Assembly (NCBI GenBank): GCA_964619725.1
Contig: CAZUFC010000022.1
Coordinates: forward strand, 15,879-79,878
Length of the DNA: 64,000 nt
Reading direction: 5' to 3'
DNA from: an uncultured bacterium
Lineage (GTDB): Bacteria > CSSED10-310 > CAZUFC01
Translations under genes and position numbers: made by a program
In this document: piece by piece, positions 43,001 to 52,095 of the stretch
Layout: each line of letters opens with the position of its first letter
Position numbering within the stretch: the first letter of the stretch is position 1
The notes under the pieces: model-generated
Databases searched by the model: none
The model's input: the letters and a program-made list of their open reading frames with translations, nothing else
What the model was told of the DNA's origin: nothing

Positions 43001-45246
43001 ATCACCTGCTCAGCGACATAAGGATCAAGGTTCAGATCAGAGTCCAGCACGCGCAGGGTCACAGCGCTGCTGCAGTTATAATTGGAATTCATGTATTGAA
43101 CGATGCCGCATTGCGGTGCGCTGGACAATACGGATGCTTCCAACGGATTCAAATTATAACCGGTTACCACGATGTCGACATCGACTCCGGCCTGTATCTG
43201 TCCGTCCAGCTCTATTTCCACCTGGCCGTTTGATGCTATGCCGCTGCCCAGCAATTCGCCTTCCTGGGATATCGCCACCAGCGCGCCGTTGTCCGTTATG
43301 TCCATCGTCACTGAAGAAGTCCCTGTCGGAATCGTTACAGGCAGGTCTATATCCGGGTCCTGAGGCGTGTCGGTTCGAATCATCAGCTCCGGATCGCCGA
43401 ACAGATGGAAAATTCGCAGGGTTGTCGGCGTATAACTGCCGGAGCCTTGATACATGAACATATAATATTTCCCGAAATTCAGACTCGCCCCCATCTGGTA
43501 AGCGTTTTCATATATGTTGCCCGTATGCTCAGGATCATAATCGGGCCAGAAACAGGTGTAGAATCCATGAACCATCAGATCATTATGCCCAGAATAACTG
43601 GTTTCCGAAGCCGCAATTACGGATACAGCCCCTCCGCCATCCTTTTTCAATATCGCTTCAGCGAAGCAGTCCGAGCCGTAATCCATATCGCCGGAAGAAC
43701 AGTTAATGGAAAACACTACCGGGGTTCGGTTTCCATTTTCAAGCGCTCCCAGGTCGCTTACATAAAACGGAGGATCGCTCCATCCGGATGGTTCGCCGTG
43801 ATCCCTATGCTGTACTATGCTGACTCCTGAATTGAACGCATCGATTATATTTTGTGTGGCCTGCGACGCGGGAGTGATTAAATCAATTAGTTCCTGAGGA
43901 ACCGGGTCCGGCCAGTCAAATCGGTGCGGATAACTGTCCGAACGAAAATGATAGGTCGAACAACCGCTTGCATCAGTGCAATACGCGGAATACATGCTCA
44001 TCCCTATTTCCTGATCAAGATACTGCATCACATGCGTCGCTGTTTCAAAAAACCATCTGTCAGCCTCGCAGTAGGGAGACCAACTGTCCTGGAACAGGGC
44101 TGCCGCCAAGCCGTGATTATACCAGTCCGCAACCTCCGGATTCCTATCGAAATCCAGAAGCTTGTTCACTACTACAGTGCACTGTTCCTCTGTCTGAACG
44201 TTCAGCCGGCCCAGAAAAAGATCAGCAAAAGAATCGCCGCCTTCAAGACAGGAATAGGGCAAATCTGTCAGGTCGCCTGAAATGTTATTGGAAGGCACCT
44301 GCTGAACGTCGCCGACCAGCAGCACATACGCCGGCGCCGGGTCCCAGGTATCATAAGCATCCTGAAGATAACTCTGGATAACAGCCGGCGTTGAACCGCC
44401 AATATCAGACAACGTCGCAAGCTCCGTCAAACGGCCTTTCAGCGTTTTCCATTCCACCAGCGGAGCCAGCTCGTCTTCAAAGTCATCATAAGTTATAATT
44501 AAATAGTCTGCCCCGTCACGAGATCGTGATTTCTGCGACATATCAACAGGTTTGTAATTAGCTATGACCCCTGCAGCCTGATTTTCAAATTCAGGGCAGG
44601 CCAGCCTTAACTTGTTCGCTTGAGCCGCCGGATTCTGCACGCCTCGGTAGGTTATTGTAAAATCTATGGCAGGGTAACCCTTTAGAGAATTCGACACCGG
44701 ATTGTACTGCAGCGGACTGATTTCCAGAAATAAAACCCTTCTGCCTCTTATGTATCCGTCCTCCGTTATCTTGATCAAATCCTCCGGAGAATAAACATCA
44801 ATGGAATACGCAGATTCATCATAAATGAATTGGGGGGCTTGATTCCTGTCGTAACCTTCTGGAAGAGGCGGCTGACTGGGCAATACCTCGTATGTCCCTG
44901 GCAGCAGAAGCGAATCTCTGGCGTTAAACTTTATGCCGGGCTCTACCCCGGACGGAATTTCCACAAACATTCCCTTGAACGGTAAATAAGGCGATCCCGT
45001 CTCTCCTTTTAATCCGCATCCTCTTATGCTTAACTCGGCAAATGTAATTCCCTCACGTTCCACTTTGCGAACGGACGCTCCTGGAAATTCCATCGTTATA
45101 CGCAAACCGTTCTCCACGTCCTGAATATTCCAAGTCACCGCATCTTGCTCCTTCATGCCGTCAGTTAAAGGGATGAAGTGAGCATAAACAGGACATCCGA
45201 TTACGGTCAGACCGATGAGGACAAGAAATGAATTGCATACTTTCAT
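40006..45246 (-). CDS. Gingipain-like C25 cysteine peptidase, multidomain, with a PT linker and the shared C-terminal domain
   Basis: Signal peptide from ATG 45246; propeptide; DYLIIT, YVLLVGD, HRDHG, FSINCSSG and LFGDP motifs; FN3, jelly-roll and Ig-like modules; long PT linker. Confidence 0.88.
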   Translation of the reverse strand: MKVCNSFLVLIGLTVIGCPVYAHFIPLTDGMKEQDAVTWNIQDVENGLRITMEFPGASVRKVEREGITFAELSIRGCGLKGETGSPYLPFKGMFVEIPSGVEPGIKFNARDSLLLPGTYEVLPSQPPLPEGYDRNQAPQFIYDESAYSIDVYSPEDLIKITEDGYIRGRRVLFLEISPLQYNPVSNSLKGYPAIDFTITYRGVQNPAAQANKLRLACPEFENQAAGVIANYKPVDMSQKSRSRDGADYLIITYDDFEDELAPLVEWKTLKGRLTELATLSDIGGSTPAVIQSYLQDAYDTWDPAPAYVLLVGDVQQVPSNNISGDLTDLPYSCLEGGDSFADLFLGRLNVQTEEQCTVVVNKLLDFDRNPEVADWYNHGLAAALFQDSWSPYCEADRWFFETATHVMQYLDQEIGMSMYSAYCTDASGCSTYHFRSDSYPHRFDWPDPVPQELIDLITPASQATQNIIDAFNSGVSIVQHRDHGEPSGWSDPPFYVSDLGALENGNRTPVVFSINCSSGDMDYGSDCFAEAILKKDGGGAVSVIAASETSYSGHNDLMVHGFYTCFWPDYDPEHTGNIYENAYQMGASLNFGKYYMFMYQGSGSYTPTTLRIFHLFGDPELMIRTDTPQDPDIDLPVTIPTGTSSVTMDITDNGALVAISQEGELLGSGIASNGQVEIELDGQIQAGVDVDIVVTGYNLNPLEASVLSSAPQCGIVQYMNSNYNCSSAVTLRVLDSDLNLDPYVAEQVMIDVWSDSDPTGISVECTEIDPDLAVFEGQFELFASGGSGDLLVAHGDDVTAYYHDDDCEGSPVDVYEDVTVDCQEPAISGVGFSGVLDTEAVITWTTDELATATVFYGFDTPPVQSVSCSEYSMEHSIKLEGLENCSKYYFYVESTDLAENTATDDNSGEYYFFNTLGNFVLFEENMDSNPGWTISGGDWEWGIPTGQGGDYGGPDPTSGYTGDNVYGYNLNGDYTNSMGEYHLTAPVMDCSAAAGTTLRFYRWLGVEQPVYDHAVISVSVDGTTFEEVWHNSSTIYDGEWLYCEYDISEWADGQPEVYVRWTMGPTDSGWTYCGWNIDDVEVGYLGPCDVPILIHESHVIDDSSGNDNGEPNPGETITCPITLYNNSGIDAAGINVTVSENSDYVTLINADLTFPDMPAHTSAESDQPHLQWQIDASAPDGESIQFSLAWTSVEGSGNANFNEMITAPALSYQDHLVDDSSGNDDGIADPGENIVLPVSLLNTGHGIAPAPYAELSTDSIYIDITDNSASWPDLEYEQMEWSTDDFGFYVDPDAPEGEMVEFSMFVETEGFSDTVNFTVGIGAQPVLVIADGTHQHTQSFVDTLAGNGFLVTEETASSTDPAYWDNYAFIVWSSGDNSSPVSQAGWRDNLTAYVGDGGTLLIEGGEICYDFYYSAPDFLEDVCHVTDWNGDSSGDLSLEASDHPIVMTPYSLPSTISHTYSSYYDEDACDAAIDATTIFGWTSANGGGVIAYDDDTDPWNGGQTVFYSFTIGDVQNQTDKEHLIVNTARWLSGTGGTAPTATPFQTPIPPTYTPTGTPTLIPSCTPTRTPTQIPPTLTPTCTPTQTPTDVPPTYTPTDTPTHIPTEIPTWFVTGTPTAHTTGTPTAVCSPTPTSLEMKLMINQEMFHAEDPFLLECRIVNPHEAVTFNQFVILDVYDNYWFYESWSTDIDWVVKEIPAYCDNTEVILEFVWPTNAGTAYGLKFWGALVDNQWNLMTDISVLDWGYE

Positions 45247-45438
45247 GAAGTTACTCCCATTTAGATTTAAAATTTTTGATACTTCTGCAGGACTCCTTAA
45301 GGAAAAAGTCAACCTTTTCCCTTATTATTCATATTATGCCAAAATGTCAACTTGACGGCTGAAGCTTCTTGAACAATAGATTTACCTTAAAACAAAACAT
45401 GTTTTTCTGAAGAGGACGCAGATGAAACAATAAGCCGC

Positions 45439-46863
45439 TCATTCTATGTAACCCAGTTCGCGCAACTGCTCCAGCCGCTCTTGTTCCATCTCCTCGTCGA
45501 CGCTACCGGCGCCGGAAAGCATATTTCCGGATTCACGGCTTTTGAACCATTCGGCGGAATCATGAGTTGCACAAAAAGTGGGAGGAACATGTTTCATAAA
45601 ATCGGCCTTTAGAAAATAGGCCATCGGTATGCCGTCCATATCGTTACCGACCGGGATGCCTTTCAACCTTAATAAAGTGGGAGTTATGTCCACGACGGAA
45701 TATGTTCGGGGAAGGACTTCTCCTGATTCTCTAACCGCATAGCTCAAGCAGGCTCCTGCCGGCCTGAAGACTCTTCCCGCTCCTATAAACACGCCGCTGG
45801 GCGCATCCTGATGGTCGCCCGAATTGATGTCGTCCGGCACAGAATCAGGGTCGAATCGTTTTCCGGTATTGACGGCATGAAAACCATGGTCCGAAAGAAT
45901 CATGACGTTGAGTCCCGGATGCGCCAGGGATCGAATGAGTTTTTCTATGCTTGCATTAGCCCATTGATAATATTCGGTTATAATTCTCCCGAAATAGGCG
46001 CGTTCATCCGCCGTCGGTTTATAGTTAAAATCCTCACTTGACATATGGCGCCAGAACCGGTGGCTGACGACGTCCGTTCCGCCGAAATATACGGCAGTGA
46101 CGTCTGCTGAGCCCTTTCTACGTATGATGTCCAGCATAGTCTCCAAATATATGTTGTCGGCACGGAATCCCCATATGCTGTTCTCCCATAGTCGCCGGTT
46201 CAACGGGCTCATCTCGCCGGTAAACTTGCCGAACCGTTTTCGACTCAACTCCGGCAAATCGTCCTTCACTTGAGCCGCTATATCCATTACCCTGTTTTGA
46301 AATTCAGGCGGATGTACCTGGCCGGGAATTCCCTTTAATATCGTTCCTTTCCATACGGCGCGGCCTTTTCTGAAATCAAGCTGCCTGATCGTATTGGTCT
46401 GGGATACCATTATTCCGTTGATCTCTTCAGCGGGATAAGTCGTCCACCAACCGCAAACATATACCCGGCGGCCGCATTCCGTTAAAATGTTCCAGAAAGC
46501 CTTTGTCTTGCGGTGGGCGCTTGTGTAAAGCGCAGGGCTCTCGTTCCGGTCCGGCGATTGATAGGCGAAACCCAGGATGCCGTGCTTGGGCGGTATTTTC
46601 CCCGTAGCGACCGTGTTCCATATCGCCGGCGACATCGTCGGAAGAAGCGTTCCTAAACGGCAAAAACCGCCTGCCTTCATCAGCCGTTCGAATACAGGCA
46701 ACTTACCTTCGCGAATCAAGGGAAGCAGAACCGACCACTCAATTCCGTCTATTCCGGCCAAAAGCGTCGGCCCTTTCGTTAAATCGGTTTCAGGAGCATC
46801 GCCGCAACCTGAAACAAGACTCAAACACAATATAAAACACGTGATTTTAAGATTATTCTTCAT
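45439..46863 (-). CDS. Alkaline phosphatase superfamily (phosphodiesterase/sulfatase-like) lipoprotein
   Basis: Lipobox VSGC; GIDGIEW, SPAIWNTVATGK...HGI, SDHGF, DITPT and LRELGYI motifs. Confidence 0.88.
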   Translation of the reverse strand: MKNNLKITCFILCLSLVSGCGDAPETDLTKGPTLLAGIDGIEWSVLLPLIREGKLPVFERLMKAGGFCRLGTLLPTMSPAIWNTVATGKIPPKHGILGFAYQSPDRNESPALYTSAHRKTKAFWNILTECGRRVYVCGWWTTYPAEEINGIMVSQTNTIRQLDFRKGRAVWKGTILKGIPGQVHPPEFQNRVMDIAAQVKDDLPELSRKRFGKFTGEMSPLNRRLWENSIWGFRADNIYLETMLDIIRRKGSADVTAVYFGGTDVVSHRFWRHMSSEDFNYKPTADERAYFGRIITEYYQWANASIEKLIRSLAHPGLNVMILSDHGFHAVNTGKRFDPDSVPDDINSGDHQDAPSGVFIGAGRVFRPAGACLSYAVRESGEVLPRTYSVVDITPTLLRLKGIPVGNDMDGIPMAYFLKADFMKHVPPTFCATHDSAEWFKSRESGNMLSGAGSVDEEMEQERLEQLRELGYIE

Positions 46864-47074
46864 CCTCTTTCTTCGGAAAAACGCCGCTTGTTTTCCATTC
46901 TGAACGATACTAAATTCAATCCTCTAAAGTCAAAAATCACGCCGTTTTTTTGTTGCATGACAAATCATCTGGTAAAAAGTCGCCCCAAAAGGCACGCAGC
47001 GGCCTACACGTAGCGCCGATTCCACCGACTGGAAAACTCCAGCATCTTTTAGCAGAGGAGAGACCTCGTGAAAC

Positions 47075-47103
47075 TTGACAGCCCTTTTGTCCTTTTTTAC
47101 ACT
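47075..47103 (+). promoter_or_regulatory. Sigma70-type promoter of galT
   Basis: TTGACA-N17-TACACT. Confidence 0.6.
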
Positions 47104-47183
47104 GCCGTTTATTGCTGCCGTGCGCAATCAGCGTTGTATGATGGCGTGATAAATTTAGATCACCTAGCAAGGAAAACAACCAC

Positions 47184-48296
47184 ATGAATGAACTAAGACG
47201 CAATCCTCTTTCCAGACAATGGACATGTTATCTGACGAACGTGGACTTCATGAATGAAATTCTGAAGGAACTGAAAAGAGGCGTAAATAACGCAAGCGAT
47301 TACAGCGAAGATAACGTTAAAAACTGTGTGTTCTGCCCGGGAAAAGAAGCAGAGACCCCGCCCACCATCATGATATATAAAAACGGAGTATTCTTCTACA
47401 GGCTTAAAGAAGGCTCAAAAATGCCCAGCGGCTGGGAAGTCCGCGTCATCCCGCAACAGCACCCCGTTTTTCAGGTCGAAGGCGAACTCAGCAGACGCGG
47501 AAGCCGTCTTTATGACATTATGGCCGCCAAGGGCGCCAATGAACTGATCATCAATCATCCGGACCACAATAAACATTTGCCCGCTATGAATGAACTAGAA
47601 ATGGCGAAAGTCCTCAAAACCGTCAAAGAACGATTCATAGACCTCTCTAAAGACAGGGAAATGGGCCATCCCATTTTTTTCATTAATCACGGATTGTCCG
47701 CAGGAGCCGTCTATTCTCATACTCACTCGGAAATTATAATCTCACCTTTCGTTCCGGAAAACACCAGAAAAGAACTGCAGGGCGCTAAGGACTGGTTCAA
47801 AATGAAAGAAAGATGCCTTTTCTGCGATATTATTGATGACGAAATCATCAAAATGGAAAAAAAACGCACTCATCAGATCATTACGATGAACAAAGACTTC
47901 ATGGCCTTCGTGCCCTTCTTCAGCGCCTATCCCTTCGAAATCTGGATCATCCCCGGAAAGCATGAATCTGACTATAAAAATATTACGGAAAACCAGATAA
48001 TATCAGCTTCCCAAATCCTCAATATCTGCATCACCCTCATCCGACGAGTCCTGGGAGACGTTCCCTTCAACCTAATCCTGCTCACTCAACCCAACAAAGT
48101 ATGGGGTATAGACCGGGGATACTGGCTGCGCATTGAAGACGACTGGCACTGGCGTTTCGCCATCCTGCCCCACCTCCCCGACCCCATCGATAAACTGAAA
48201 GGAATGTTCTACGGCACCGGCTCCAGAGTCAATCCGGTCCTCCCGGAACACGCAGCTCAAATTCTGAGAGATCAACTGGCGATCAGCGAAACATAA
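47184..48296 (+). CDS. galT: Galactose-1-phosphate uridylyltransferase-family protein
   Basis: ELRRNPLSRQW, CVFCPG.E, NHGLSAGA..SHTHS, CLFCD, PFEIWI.P..H and NPVLPE motifs. The HPHSQ motif is diverged, so the substrate is uncertain. Confidence 0.8.
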   Translation: MNELRRNPLSRQWTCYLTNVDFMNEILKELKRGVNNASDYSEDNVKNCVFCPGKEAETPPTIMIYKNGVFFYRLKEGSKMPSGWEVRVIPQQHPVFQVEGELSRRGSRLYDIMAAKGANELIINHPDHNKHLPAMNELEMAKVLKTVKERFIDLSKDREMGHPIFFINHGLSAGAVYSHTHSEIIISPFVPENTRKELQGAKDWFKMKERCLFCDIIDDEIIKMEKKRTHQIITMNKDFMAFVPFFSAYPFEIWIIPGKHESDYKNITENQIISASQILNICITLIRRVLGDVPFNLILLTQPNKVWGIDRGYWLRIEDDWHWRFAILPHLPDPIDKLKGMFYGTGSRVNPVLPEHAAQILRDQLAISET

Positions 48297-48304
48297 AGAC
48301 AAGG

Positions 48305-48325
48305 TTTGCGAAGGGCTCTGACCCT
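48305..48325 (+). repeat. Single REP-like motif
   Basis: TTTGCGAAGGGCTCTGACCCT directly after the galT stop. Confidence 0.85.
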
Positions 48326-48670
48326 CCAGGAAACGCCCAGCATCCAATGGCTTGAGGGGGGGGCTGCCGGTCCCAATCCAGTTCGCTCCACAGTCCTTGA
48401 TTGATCGCTTTATCATTTTTTGGTGTTCTCTAAATTGGAGGGCGCATGAAATAACTGCAGCGTCGGTATGCGGGTGCGATTAAGACCCTTGATAAGACGA
48501 CCCGCTCAGTTTTCAAAGTCTTTTTCTTTTTTGCTAGGATTTTTGCTTTTTTTAAGGTTTTTTAACAAAAACATGAGCGGACGGCATCATTCCGTTTGCA
48601 TAAAGTTTTTTTTTATGTTAATAATAAGAAAGTATGGTTAGGATTATTTTGCGAGGAGGTAAAAAAGAAT

Positions 48671-48844
48671 ATGTGGAAACAACTTAAGGCATTATGGAAG
48701 GATGAAACCGGCCAGGGAATGACCGAGTATATTTTGATCGTCGTTCTCATTGCCATCGCTGCCATCGCTGCTTTCATTTATTTCAGAGATATTCTCAAAT
48801 CCAAGACATACGATGCCGCGGACAGTCTTGATGCGGCGGAATAG
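48671..48844 (+). CDS. flp: Flp family type IVb pilin
   Basis: MWKQLKALWKDETG|QGMTEYILI, with a hydrophobic helix; GGAGG RBS. Confidence 0.92.
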   Translation: MWKQLKALWKDETGQGMTEYILIVVLIAIAAIAAFIYFRDILKSKTYDAADSLDAAE

Positions 48845-48941
48845 CGTTTAGACGGATAAGATTCGCACACGGTCAGAGATAAGGTCACTGAAGACTTAGA
48901 GTCGGGCGCACGATCGGGTAAGCCGAAGCGTAGTAGCGTTC

Positions 48942-49145
48942 ATGGCTTATTATAGAATGGGAGCTTTTGTGGGGAAGAAACTTTTAGAGTTTTATAATGA
49001 CGAGTCCGGTCAGGGAATGACGGAGTATATTCTTTTGACTGTAGTGGTGGCTCTTACTCTGGCCGTTGCATTCAACGCATTCCGAAGCGCTGTTCTTCGT
49101 TACTACAATCGACTAACCTTCTGGGTATCGTTGCCGTTCCCCTAA
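48942..49145 (+). CDS. flp: Second Flp-like pilin (start possibly GTG 48969)
   Basis: DESG|QGMTEYILL motif. Confidence 0.85.
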   Translation: MAYYRMGAFVGKKLLEFYNDESGQGMTEYILLTVVVALTLAVAFNAFRSAVLRYYNRLTFWVSLPFP

Positions 49146-49166
49146 TACACACCGGAGAAGCTGATT

Positions 49167-49697
49167 TTGCACATATTGTCGGTCCTTGACGACGGACTGT
49201 TGATGGTCGTTTTGGTCACAGGCGGAATAACCGATTTATTATATTCAAAGATTTACAACTGGCTGACTTTTCCTGCGGCTTTAGCGGGTTTCATCGTCAA
49301 TGCGGCGGCTGGTGGAGTTCAGGGGTTTCTGCTGAGTTTAATCGGATTCTTAATCGGTTTTGTCGTATTTTTACTGATAAAGATTTTCGGCGGTTTAGGA
49401 GGAGGCGACGTAAAATTAATGGGAGCTGTAGGAGCGATAATGGGGTATCCATTCATATTATGGGCGATGTTTTTCACGTCATTGGCGGGTGGATTCATAG
49501 CGGTCGTGAGCATGCTTTATCATAGGGAGCTTATAAGGGGATTAAAAAATGTGTTGAGGACAGCTTTTACTTTTATTACGCCGTTTTTGAAGACGGTTCC
49601 TTTGAATCCTGCCGAGAGCCGTGCGGTGCCGTACGGATTTGCGATATCCGTAGGGACTTTGTGGTGTTGGGTGATGCACATTTATGAAATTATTTAA
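49167..49697 (+). CDS. cpaA: Prepilin peptidase, A24 family (CpaA/TadV)
   Basis: TDL...IYNWLT, GGGDVKL and VPYGFAI motifs. Confidence 0.92.
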   Translation: MHILSVLDDGLLMVVLVTGGITDLLYSKIYNWLTFPAALAGFIVNAAAGGVQGFLLSLIGFLIGFVVFLLIKIFGGLGGGDVKLMGAVGAIMGYPFILWAMFFTSLAGGFIAVVSMLYHRELIRGLKNVLRTAFTFITPFLKTVPLNPAESRAVPYGFAISVGTLWCWVMHIYEII

Positions 49698-50307
49698 AAG
49701 AAGCGTCAGAAAGCTAACGGGCGGCGAATCCGGCGCGTCAATGGCGGAATACATATTGATCATAACGATGATATCGGTTGCCATGATAGTGGTGGTCGGT
49801 TTTTTTGGAGATACGATAAAGAGTAAATTATTTGAAAGCGGTGAAGACATCGAGAATCTGGATTCCCGGCCCGCCTCATACGGTGATCGTTCGTCATCGT
49901 CCGGAGCCCGGAGCGGATCGACGGCTGATTCTGAGGGACTCCAGGGCAACGGATCCAAAAACGTCTCTGGGTGGGAATCAATGCCAGGCAGTGCCAGCGG
50001 GGGCGTTGATGTTTCATCTGGAAAAGGTTCGAGGCGTCCGCGGCCTGAACGTCCGGGAAAAAACAGAGGGACGGATTCGAAAGCGGCTGAGGGACCTGCC
50101 GGTTCGGCGGGAGGAATCAGCAGCGGCGATGTTCACATGCTGTACGGCGACGAAAGAGCTTATGAGCAGGAGGTTTCGCGTTACAAGTGGAACTTGTTTG
50201 TCCGTTATTTGCTTATAGGGTTGTCGGGCGGGATAATCATAGCGTTGAGCATCGTCAGTTACATGAGAATTAAAGCGATGATCAGTCAGATAAAGCAGCA
50301 GGAATAA
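49684..50307 (+). CDS. Flp-like pilin with a long Ser/Gly-rich extension and a C-terminal TM helix
   Basis: ESG|ASMAEYILI N-terminus, low-complexity middle, and LFVRYLLIGLSGGIIIALSIVSY near the C-terminus. Confidence 0.8.
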   Translation: MKLFKRSVRKLTGGESGASMAEYILIITMISVAMIVVVGFFGDTIKSKLFESGEDIENLDSRPASYGDRSSSSGARSGSTADSEGLQGNGSKNVSGWESMPGSASGGVDVSSGKGSRRPRPERPGKNRGTDSKAAEGPAGSAGGISSGDVHMLYGDERAYEQEVSRYKWNLFVRYLLIGLSGGIIIALSIVSYMRIKAMISQIKQQE

Positions 50308-50346
50308 GAGGATGATTCTCGTTATCCTTACGCAAAGGAGAAGAGA

Positions 50347-51114
50347 ATGAAAGGAAAAAACAGAGCCGGGGTCGTTAGAAGGAGAAGGCGACTTAAGTTA
50401 GGTGAAGACGGCCAGGCGATGACGGAATTCGTGATAACTTTTCCCATCATTTTAATCGTGGTCTGCACTATCCTGGAATTTGCGCTGATGTTTAACGCCA
50501 AAAGTATGGTGAGTTATGCGGCATTTTGCGGAGCGAGGAGCGCAGCGGTCTTTGTTCCCAGGGAGTATGAGGTTTTCGGGATGCCCTTTGAAGACCCGAA
50601 CGAGGTGGGATTCTGGAAGAAATTTTTCAAGGTGCATATGTCTGCGTCTATCGCTCTGGCGCCGATATCGCCTGAAGGGCTGGACGTTGCATCAAAAATT
50701 CCTATTGTCGGGCCGTTCCTCGGCATGATAAATGATGTCTTCGAATCTTTACCCGGTACGATCAGGGATATTCTGGACGGTGTGGACCGAATGATCTACG
50801 CCTTTGCGGCCACTTCAGGCTTCGGAAACGGAGGGATTTCCATTTCCGGAGACGTAAACAACAATGAGACGGGATGGGGACATACGATTCCTCCGGGGGC
50901 ATCCGGCGGCGATGTTATCGTAAAGGTAAATTACACGTATCGATTTCAGATACCGATTATAAGGAAGCTGCTGGGATGGCACTGGTTTCCGGCGAGAAGA
51001 CATTTATGGAGCTGGATATGGTTAGGAAGCGAAACATTTTGGGAAATCAACGGCGTTTGTGCAATCCCGAACGAACCCCAGGTTTCTTCCAGTCAACAGT
51101 CTGAAGACTATTAA
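50347..51114 (+). CDS. tadE: TadE-like pseudopilin
   Basis: G|QAMTEFVITFP...YAAFCGARSA motif. Confidence 0.85.
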   Translation: MKGKNRAGVVRRRRRLKLGEDGQAMTEFVITFPIILIVVCTILEFALMFNAKSMVSYAAFCGARSAAVFVPREYEVFGMPFEDPNEVGFWKKFFKVHMSASIALAPISPEGLDVASKIPIVGPFLGMINDVFESLPGTIRDILDGVDRMIYAFAATSGFGNGGISISGDVNNNETGWGHTIPPGASGGDVIVKVNYTYRFQIPIIRKLLGWHWFPARRHLWSWIWLGSETFWEINGVCAIPNEPQVSSSQQSEDY

Positions 51115-51128
51115 AGGGGGACTGCTCC

Positions 51129-52082
51129 ATGTTTCAATACGTCAATAAAGAACTGAGAAGCTTGAGCCATGATGAAGGCGGTCAGTCCGTAGTTTTCGTT
51201 ACGTTGATATTGATGACGCTGGCGGCTTTCATTGGGGTCACCATAAACGTTGGAAATTTCGTGGCGACCAAGATTCGAATGCAGAATCTCGTTGATGCGT
51301 CTGCGTTAAACGGAGCGATATGGGAGGCCAGGGGTTTCAACGTCATCATGGTGTTGAATGCAGCCGTTTTTTCTGCGGAATGGGTCTGGTGGACTGAATT
51401 TTTCGAGATGCTTTACCGGTTGATGGAAGCTCTGGATTGCGGTTTCTGGTGGTGGTGCATACCGCTATGGGTCATTTTCGTATTGGAATTGATAGATTGC
51501 TTTGAGGAATATGACAATCTGGAGCAGGATGTCGAAAGCATTAATGATGTGCAGGAGGGTATAGCCAAAGATTCAACTTTTTATTCCATTGCCGCGGTAA
51601 AAATTTATGAAGACCTTATCAATGAGTATCGTGAATCCGATTTTCCGGGAACTATGTTCTTGTCAGGCAGCGTGATGTTCGACGACACGCCTTGGGGCGG
51701 CGGTGTTCTTGACCTTTTAAAACCCAGCCTGGCATGCGAAGGCGGCGGAAACAGTTTGTTATTCAACGGCTACTTTCAAACCACATCGGACTATCCGCAG
51801 GACCAGTGGATTTTTACTTTCGCCTACCGCAATAAAGACGAAGAGCCTTTTTTATCGCAACAGTTCGATGCAGGCGGCGAAGGTTTCTTTACGGTGGCGC
51901 AAGCCCGTCCTTATTCGAAAGCCTCTTCAGATTTTTTGAATTACAAAAATATCTATTCGGAAAAAATGTGGGACGTCAAGCTCATGCCTATAAACTTCGA
52001 CAACATGTTATGGTCCCTGATCGATTTTCCGCCTTTGGAATGGTTGTTGGGCGAATTAAGCAACGCAGTCATTCTGCATTAA
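51129..52082 (+). CDS. tadG: TadG-like (Tad domain) minor pilin
   Basis: G|QSVVFV...NVG.....KIRMQNLVDASALNGA motif. Confidence 0.8.
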   Translation: MFQYVNKELRSLSHDEGGQSVVFVTLILMTLAAFIGVTINVGNFVATKIRMQNLVDASALNGAIWEARGFNVIMVLNAAVFSAEWVWWTEFFEMLYRLMEALDCGFWWWCIPLWVIFVLELIDCFEEYDNLEQDVESINDVQEGIAKDSTFYSIAAVKIYEDLINEYRESDFPGTMFLSGSVMFDDTPWGGGVLDLLKPSLACEGGGNSLLFNGYFQTTSDYPQDQWIFTFAYRNKDEEPFLSQQFDAGGEGFFTVAQARPYSKASSDFLNYKNIYSEKMWDVKLMPINFDNMLWSLIDFPPLEWLLGELSNAVILH

Positions 52083-52095
52083 AAAAGAGGTATTC

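Noticed and set aside
46930-47180. tRNA or ncRNA in the intergenic region before galT
   Set aside because: No cloverleaf or T-loop motif is visible; the region is explained by divergent promoters.
48330-48660. c-di-GMP or other riboswitch upstream of flp
   Set aside because: I could not find GEMM consensus elements by eye; an Infernal/Rfam scan would be decisive.
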